NCBI GenBank assembly: GCA_964019425.1
Contig: OZ025793.1
Location: 434,001-498,000, forward strand
DNA length: 64,000 nucleotides
Reading direction: 5' to 3'
From: Flectonema sp. DT1601
Taxonomy: Eukaryota
In this document: positions 57,452 to 64,000 of the stretch, in pieces
Position numbering within the stretch: the stretch's first letter is position 1
Layout: each line of letters starts with the position of its first letter
Notes under the pieces: model-generated
Told to the model about the DNA's origin: nothing
The model's input: only the letters and a program-made list of their open reading frames with translations
The model's database searches: none
Program-made: the position numbers and the translations under genes

Positions 57452-58954
57452 GTGAGGCATAGCGCGTACGAGTGGTGCTACGGAGTCCCCGAAGGAATCC
57501 CAGAGAGGAAGCCAATGGTGTCTTTCCCCATGGTAGAGATGATCCCACGACCCGCGTTAGGCGACCGGCGAGGCCGGGTAGCGGAGGCGGTAAGGACACG
57601 CCCACTGGCGATAACACAGGGGCCGACCAAGCGGAGATTGGGAGGACTCTCGCCATCAGACCTGAAGAAGACAAAGTCGAGTGACCCGCGGAGGGACTCG
57701 ATGGACGGCCCAGCTGGAGCTCCTTCATCGCACATTGCATCAGATGGGCCACCCCTAGCGGAGGCCAAGGAAACCAGGCAACAAGGGTCGGACAATGCCC
57801 AACAGCAAAACAGACTGCAGGAGGACCCCAAGCCGGGTAGCGGACGTGTGACACCGGACTGCGAACATCGCACAGGGCCCGAACAGGCAGAGACACCAAC
57901 AGGGGCTGACTCGCAACCGGGACGGGACAAACCGCCGACGGAGTCGAACGCGGAGGAGACAGCGTCGGCCGGTGGGATCGAGCAACAAGAATCAGAGAGC
58001 ACACAACAGGAAATCAAAGTGCACGAAGATTCGAAGCAAGAGACCGTGACCCGACTCGCTGACGGAGAGGCGATACCTGTGCTGCCTGACTATGAGCTCC
58101 TGCAGGCAGAATTTGAGAAGGGAACAGCGACGGCGGAGGCACGTGCTGAGAGGGGGCGGCAGGAGGAGGAGGTTAATGTAGTGAAGAAGCCAGCCGAAGG
58201 AACCGAGCCACAAGAGTCAGAAAGCGCCCAACAGGAAAACAATCTGCTGGAAGACTCGAAGCTTGCAACCAAGACAGGGTGCGATGATGCGACACCGGTG
58301 CTGCTGGAGGAAGGGAGTTCCCCTCGAACCGTGTTGGATGAACAGACGGCGAAGGATCACGCAGGGGACGGCATGCGGCTGCAGCGAGCTGTGTCGTCGG
58401 AGACATCAGACTCCGAAATGACATGCATGGACACAGATGTGACGAATTCGGGCGATGATGACACCTCAACATGCTCGGCACCGTCGGAAGATCCACCTGA
58501 GCTGGGAAAGTGTCTGTGTGGAGACAGATGGCTCCCGAGGAACTTTAGGAGGAGACCCTTGGCTAGTAATGGGTGGTGCAACAGATCCCGCAGGAAGAGA
58601 CTGAAGGGTACGTTGATGGTAAACTGTAGCAAATGCGACTTCGACCAATGCTGTGATCTGGCCGCGCTGAAAGCCAAACTCGCCAAGGAGGCGAAAAAGA
58701 CGAAGACGAAGAGAAGGAGAGCCCATGACAAGGCGCGGAAGGGACCGGCTGGAGCTGATCGGGACCCTCTGTATCTGAGTAGTACAGACGCGTCGTCGTC
58801 GGGTTCGAAGACATTAGGGAACTTTGCGAGAGAGCTGGTGAGACGGCGGAGTAATAGATGTAGGCTGCGGAAGCAAGTGTTTGGAAACAAGAGGAGAGTA
58901 GGAACAGGGAGCCTAACACGGTCATGCTCAGATAACGAAGAAGACGACGACTAG
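57452..58954 (+). CDS. GC-rich ORF (~500 aa) with three degenerate repeats and a Cys-rich zinc-finger-like module; possibly TE-derived
   Basis: QQxSESxQQExxLxEDSK-like repeats; CLC...WC...CSKCDFDQC; composition differs from host genes; start codon uncertain. Confidence 0.6.
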   Translation: MRHSAYEWCYGVPEGIPERKPMVSFPMVEMIPRPALGDRRGRVAEAVRTRPLAITQGPTKRRLGGLSPSDLKKTKSSDPRRDSMDGPAGAPSSHIASDGPPLAEAKETRQQGSDNAQQQNRLQEDPKPGSGRVTPDCEHRTGPEQAETPTGADSQPGRDKPPTESNAEETASAGGIEQQESESTQQEIKVHEDSKQETVTRLADGEAIPVLPDYELLQAEFEKGTATAEARAERGRQEEEVNVVKKPAEGTEPQESESAQQENNLLEDSKLATKTGCDDATPVLLEEGSSPRTVLDEQTAKDHAGDGMRLQRAVSSETSDSEMTCMDTDVTNSGDDDTSTCSAPSEDPPELGKCLCGDRWLPRNFRRRPLASNGWCNRSRRKRLKGTLMVNCSKCDFDQCCDLAALKAKLAKEAKKTKTKRRRAHDKARKGPAGADRDPLYLSSTDASSSGSKTLGNFARELVRRRSNRCRLRKQVFGNKRRVGTGSLTRSCSDNEEDDD

Positions 58955-59390
58955 GAAGAAGGAACATGTGAAAAAAAGTGAAAGGGAAAAAAAAAAAAAA
59001 GGGTCAGCAAAAAAAAAGAACCAATGCGTGACCAGGGAACACTGCGAACGAGCTTACTATACTACTCAGGGGTTAAAAAGAAATGGGGAAAAAAAAGAAA
59101 AAAAAAAAAAGCAAAACAAAACGTGACCTTGTGAGCCATCATGAGTTATAATTTACTTATCTTTTCTTCGCCATGGCGACGGGTAATCGTGGGACCTGTA
59201 AAACCAGCTTAAGACTGTTGATGTGGTTTATATTTTTAGCACGCATTCATACATCATAAGGATCGCTGGTTCCGAGGGTTTGCTCTCCCACTTACCTGCC
59301 TCTCTATCCCTCAAAAATAAAAAAAAGAAAAAAAATAAAGATTTAAAGAATCTTATTTATTATTTTCTTTCTTCATTAAGATATTTTTTC

Positions 59391-59501
59391 ATCACTTCCA
59401 GCCAATACTATGAAACTACAATCTTCGCGATTGGGTCCTTACTGATGCGGGCTACCCAGACCCCCTCGTAGTCATCAGTTTGTATTTTGCTAACTAAACT
59501 A
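59391..59501. repeat. Dispersed repeat family B, copy 2
   Basis: Matches 4524-4633. Confidence 0.9.
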
Positions 59502-59525
59502 AACTACCTTTAGTCGCTGTATCTA

Positions 59526-59572
59526 GAACTAATGTTAAATTCCAGTTTTGTATTTTACGTATAAAATCGAAC
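59526..59572. repeat. Dispersed repeat family A, short variant
   Basis: GAACTAATGTTAAATT...TTTGTATTTTACGTA..AA.TCGAAC shared with copies 1 and 2. Confidence 0.75.
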
Positions 59573-59862
59573 GGTAGGGGTTAACCTACGAAGGCGACAT
59601 TCTCTCTCAAGGCAAAATCGCACGCCTCGAGTGATACCACTTCGGATTTGATACAACACCAATGATGTTCCCGCTGATGCTCTTTCCTTGGCAAGTTTGT
59701 CTTGCCCTTGTACGTTAGTAAGATTCTCTTGTCGAGCGCGAGTTCCCGTCTGTAGACTTCTTTATTGTTCAGATGAGTTGAAGCGCTGCGTTTTTCTCCT
59801 AAATACTATACAATTACCAAGGTTGCATGCTTAGGATTTTATTTTCTCAGCACCCACCCAAG

Positions 59863-60684
59863 ATGGATGGACACCTATTTCGCTATGATAAGAAATTAGC
59901 AGCCATGCGCTACGGGCCAGTCTGGAGTGACAAGATATTAATTCACATTGCGGGATTAACCGATGGGTTAATGGCATGTCCTTGGACAACGGACGTGGCA
60001 GTAGCTGCTTCTGAAATTGGTTGGACACTTGTACAACCCATACTTTCAAGTTCATATCAAGGTTACGGGGTGAGCTCCCTAGACACAGATAGCGAAGAGC
60101 TAAAGTGCCTTATTTCTGCAATCAAGACATTTACGGCTGTTCATGAAATTACTCTTCTGGGACACTCTACAGGATGCCAAAACTCGGTACACTTTACTAG
60201 AAAATATCCTGAAGAGAGTGTTACTAGACTAATCCTTCAAGGTGCTGTAAGTGACCGAGAATACATGGAAACATTGGATACTACGAAGGGGTTTATAAAA
60301 ATAGCAAAGCAAATGGTACTACATAATAAGGAAGATGAATATTTAATGCCAAGGGAGGCTGATGAAGCTCCTATAACAGCAACACGGTACCTGTCTCTGG
60401 CTGATGTTGGGGGTGCAGATGATATGTTTTCAACAGATTTGAGTGATGAGATGCTGTCTTCGTTGTTATCTTGTCCAGTTCCAGCTCTTGTTGTCCTTTC
60501 TGAGTGTGATGAATATGTACCTCCTGGATATGATGTCACTCGTTCTGCAAAGCGACTGGCTAACGCTCTTGGACCCAAATCTTGTTTCTTTATCTTACCA
60601 ACAGGGAATCACTCTATATCTGATCCGTGTGATCAGAAACTATTTATAACACAGGTTGTGTCGTTTTTACAACAGACTCCGTAG
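59863..60684 (+). CDS. Alpha/beta hydrolase, DUF1749 (UPF0613)-like
   Basis: GLTDGL, GHSTGCQ nucleophile elbow, AVSDRE, DDMFSTDL, DEYVP, GNHS. Confidence 0.88.
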   Translation: MDGHLFRYDKKLAAMRYGPVWSDKILIHIAGLTDGLMACPWTTDVAVAASEIGWTLVQPILSSSYQGYGVSSLDTDSEELKCLISAIKTFTAVHEITLLGHSTGCQNSVHFTRKYPEESVTRLILQGAVSDREYMETLDTTKGFIKIAKQMVLHNKEDEYLMPREADEAPITATRYLSLADVGGADDMFSTDLSDEMLSSLLSCPVPALVVLSECDEYVPPGYDVTRSAKRLANALGPKSCFFILPTGNHSISDPCDQKLFITQVVSFLQQTP

Positions 60685-60773
60685 AGTCCTACTGAACGAA
60701 GATTTTTTGTTGTGTATGAACGTTTGCAGAATCTTGTTTTCTTTAATCTATTATTTCAATTAGGAAGAAAAAA

Positions 60774-60962
60774 ATGTCGGTAGACCCCGATTTGGGGACA
60801 CCAGACCTTTCTGGATGGTTAAGCAATCTGGTAGCACAATTAGTGTTTGATGACACAGCTTTCCTGACTGTATTCTCAGTGCTTGTGACTGGCTACTACA
60901 TCATAGCAGCAGCATTGTGGTTATTCAGTAAGGGGAGGAAAACCTTCTTCAGTGCTCCATAA
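60774..60962 (+). CDS. Small single-TM protein, 62 aa
   Basis: ATG ORF after AG; one hydrophobic helix followed by basic residues. Confidence 0.55.
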   Translation: MSVDPDLGTPDLSGWLSNLVAQLVFDDTAFLTVFSVLVTGYYIIAAALWLFSKGRKTFFSAP

Positions 60963-61397
60963 CATACTGTACATTTTATTAATTCGATTCATACATTTCT
61001 GATTAGTTGTTGACCACGAGTGATTAGCTTGAGTTCTGTATCAGATGAGCAATAGCAACCCCTAGAGAGGAAATATGAGAATCTGCAAGACTGGTAATCT
61101 GAGTGAGGAGGAGTAACCAAAACGTCGAAAACCCCAACTTGAGTTCCTCCTGACGTCAGTTTTAACGTTTTTTTTTTTCAATCCAAAAAATAATTATTCC
61201 TTTCTCTGGTATTTTGTGATAACTGCCTCTATTTCTAACTAAGCGGCAATAACCCTTTTGTGTGATGGAAACTTGTAAGGACTTAGCCAACTTATTTTCG
61301 CTCACAAAAATTAACCATTTGTTCTGTCTAAGAGTACGGTGGGTGATGAACATACTACACGGTAATTATGTCTTTCACTAAATTCAGGTTACACATT

Positions 61398-61692
61398 ATG
61401 GAAAAAGCAGAAAAACCCCAACCAGCAAAGAAATCAAAAAATAATACGGCAGTGAAGATTGCATTGGGTACTGCTGTTACTGCAATTGGTGCTGGGGCGA
61501 TTTATGCACTTGCGAACTCGGGGAATGATAAAAAAAAAGAAAATGACGAGGTATGCCATGGTTATCACCTTATTATAAAATATTGGTTTTCTGTTGTGCT
61601 TTAGAATTTAACAACAGGACTATGAGTTTGAAGAAGCTGTCGACAGGTACCTCGCACAAAATAGAAATCAGATTTCAGAAGCTGTTGACTGA
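61398..61692 (+). CDS. Small single-TM protein, 75 aa; exons 61398-61550, 61618-61692
   Basis: Intron GTATGC...CAACAG joins in frame (…ENDE|DYEFEEAVDRYLAQNRNQISEAVD*). Confidence 0.7.
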
Positions 61693-61826
61693 TGCTATGC
61701 GACGGTGTAAACAATTGTGCTATAATATTTGTGTAGGTAATTTCTTGTCTTAAAACCAAAAAAAGTCAATTAGTTTTTTTTTTTTTTTTTTTTTTTTTCT
61801 TTCGAAAGTATAATTAAAAAAAAAAA

Positions 61827-62534
61827 ATGGATTCGTCCAACTCATCCGTCTCAACCGCCGCTGATTCAGAACAGAACAATGTTACAATAGTCCAAAGTAG
61901 TTTGGAGGAGTTATTCAAGGCTATGCATGGTGGATGGTTTACCAAATGGGCTGACGAGCATCTCTCTGACGATGTTGTTTTTATAGAACTTGGCTTACTC
62001 GCAGAAGGCAACCGTACCTTCAACGGAAGACAAGAAATATGTGAATTCTATAACAAAGTTCTATCCACAGTGTGGGGGCTGCAATCAATGGTTTCCTGGA
62101 CACCAGAATGTGTCGTTGCTGGTTCTGAAAAGGGGCAGGTACAAGCAATCATGAGACAAGTTGTTGTTCAACCCGGAGACCAGGAGACAATAAAACGAAA
62201 GAGTTATGACTTTAATGTTAACAATGAAGGTAAGTTAACGTTTTTATGCTGTAAAATTTTAAATGTAGTTTCTGCAACGTTTCAACCTGCTAGTGCACCA
62301 GTTTTTGAACGTCCTTGTTGTCACAATGATTGGGATAGTATTCGTGTTAAGCGTAAACTTTGCCAACTCCGATGCAGGGTTTGTCTCTCTCAATGGAAGC
62401 TCCGCTCAGAGAATGTTCACCGATGCCCAGTTTTTGTTGAGCCTGGATGCAACGATCTCCAATGTGAACTTCTGCATATAAATAAAAAGAAACTTCGAGT
62501 AGCGATGCAATATGATCAGTCGTCTGAAACTTAA
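61827..62534 (+). CDS. NTF2/SnoaL-like domain plus Cys/His zinc-finger tail, paralog 1
   Basis: HLSDDVVF...FNGRQEICEFY; CCHNDWDSIRVKR..CQLRCRVCLSQW; C-x6-C-x4-C-x3-H. Confidence 0.8.
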   Translation: MDSSNSSVSTAADSEQNNVTIVQSSLEELFKAMHGGWFTKWADEHLSDDVVFIELGLLAEGNRTFNGRQEICEFYNKVLSTVWGLQSMVSWTPECVVAGSEKGQVQAIMRQVVVQPGDQETIKRKSYDFNVNNEGKLTFLCCKILNVVSATFQPASAPVFERPCCHNDWDSIRVKRKLCQLRCRVCLSQWKLRSENVHRCPVFVEPGCNDLQCELLHINKKKLRVAMQYDQSSET

Positions 62535-63163
62535 ATTCAAGTATCTGTGATCAGTGGCTCTTGATGTTGCTCATTCCTGTTGGTTGGGTATTTCGTGTAT
62601 TTATTACTTGTCCTTTTTTTTTATTCTTCTCACCAAATAAGGGACACCTACCTTGAAAAGATGCCAACTCTCAGTTGAATTCGGAGAAATCCTGTCCCGA
62701 AAAAAAACATCTATTTTTTGTATGCAATGCTAATCTTTATTCTTTTATTGTTATTTATTGATTGTGTTGCTCAAGTATTCCAGCACAAAGCAAACTCTCA
62801 GGGGGCTTTGTTGCTCTTTTTTTTTTCTTCTTCTTTTCTTATTTATTTTATTATAAATGGTCTCTGGATGGCGGTGGTTAGTTGCGATTTAGTCGTAACG
62901 TGTTTTCTTTTTTTTTCTTTTTTCTTTAGACGTGTCCCTCTCGCAAAGGGTGCAATCCGATGATTTTATTCATGTGATTAGTACGCTCGCTCTCATCTAT
63001 GTTCGGCCCCTTCCGTTTTTCTTACAATAATGGTACACAAAAGGAGAGAGTGAACATTCACTGTCTGGGAAGAATTAATTTTTATGTATGACAAAAAAAA
63101 AAAAAAAAAAAAAAGTAGTTTAAATTCTTATATTCTTTCAGGGTATTATCTGCCATTACAGCC

Positions 63164-63835
63164 ATGGATTCCTCTCAGTCTTCGTTCTCGACTCTCTCAA
63201 CCGCAGTTGATGAGAGCATAACAACCGTTCAGCATATCCTCCAAGAGATGTTCAAGGCTATGCATGAAGGAACTTTTGCTAAATGGGCAGAAGACTACCT
63301 GACTGAAGATATCTTACTCGGTCAAGGAGGAGAGCAATCGAGAGGTCAATTAAAAGTGTGTGAGATGTACAACAAAGTACTCTTGACAGTCTGGGGGCTG
63401 CAGTCTAGAGTAACATGGTTACCAGAGAGCTTTAATGTTATTGGTACTAATAAGAATCGAGTTGATGCAGTTATGAAGCAAGTTGTTCAGCAACCGGGTG
63501 ATCGCGAAACTGTTAAGAGAAAGAAGTTTGAATTTGAGCTCAACGAGTGCGGGAAGCTATCAGTTCTGAATTGTATACTTTTGGATGTGATCTCAGCATC
63601 TGATCAATCAGCAAAACCTCCAGTCTTTAAACGTCCTTGTTGTCATAATGATTGGGATAGCATTCGAGTAAAGAGAAATCTGTGTCAGCTTCGCTGCAGA
63701 ATCTGTCTTTCTCAATGGAAGCTTCGCCCAGAAGATATCAATCGCTGTCCAGTCTTTGTTGAACCAGGATGTAAGAACTCTGAATGCGCTTTACTTCACA
63801 TCAACAGAAAGAAGCTTCGACTAGCGATGGTGTAA
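63164..63835 (+). CDS. NTF2/SnoaL-like domain plus zinc-finger tail, paralog 2
   Basis: Clear paralog of 61827-62534 with all Cys/His of the tail conserved. Confidence 0.82.
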   Translation: MDSSQSSFSTLSTAVDESITTVQHILQEMFKAMHEGTFAKWAEDYLTEDILLGQGGEQSRGQLKVCEMYNKVLLTVWGLQSRVTWLPESFNVIGTNKNRVDAVMKQVVQQPGDRETVKRKKFEFELNECGKLSVLNCILLDVISASDQSAKPPVFKRPCCHNDWDSIRVKRNLCQLRCRICLSQWKLRPEDINRCPVFVEPGCKNSECALLHINRKKLRLAMV

Positions 63836-64000
63836 ACAATTTCTGCTTATCATTACTTACGAAAGTCAAGTTTACCTTATTCTTCATTACTTTCTTACTA
63901 AAACGAGGATTCAATTAATTGCTTTTTGTTGAAAGATGACCGCATGATTGGATATTTTGTTGCCCCCTCGTCACAAGCCGCGTCGGCGCGACTGATCCTG

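Noticed and set aside
56976..58004. 342-aa minus-strand ORF spanning the 5' repeat
   Set aside because: Antisense shadow of the GC-rich ORF running into low-complexity repeat sequence; crosses an element boundary.

Overview
Eukaryotic, AT-rich, homopolymer-rich DNA, most likely from a euglenozoan (diplonemid-like) protist. This is inferred from three things: every host gene lies on the + strand as one directional cluster, AG acceptors sit just upstream of most ATGs, and the captured LSU rRNA fragment looks euglenozoan. Short GT-AG introns have A/C-rich 3' ends. Host genes include a 1603-bp tandem array of papain-family cysteine proteases (5 full copies plus a chimeric sixth), cyclophilin-40, a kinesin-9, an SLC12 cation-chloride cotransporter with a PDZ-like insert, a 108-aa-repeat protein, a choline-kinase-like probable pseudokinase, a DUF1749 hydrolase and paired zinc-finger genes. 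The most notable feature is a ~7.9 kb minus-strand non-LTR retrotransposon (49521-57428). It is bounded by ~297-bp direct repeats and ends 13 bp upstream of a tRNA-Ala gene. Its ORF1 and ORF2 are in frame, separated only by one UGA and followed by a 2A StopGo peptide. ORF2 encodes APE-RT-RNase H-CCHC with a PDZ-like insert inside the RT. The RT is interrupted by a 1575-bp TIR element (GAG...CTC, ATAT duplication) carrying a decayed piece of LSU rRNA domain V. All calls come from reading the sequence; no database search was run.
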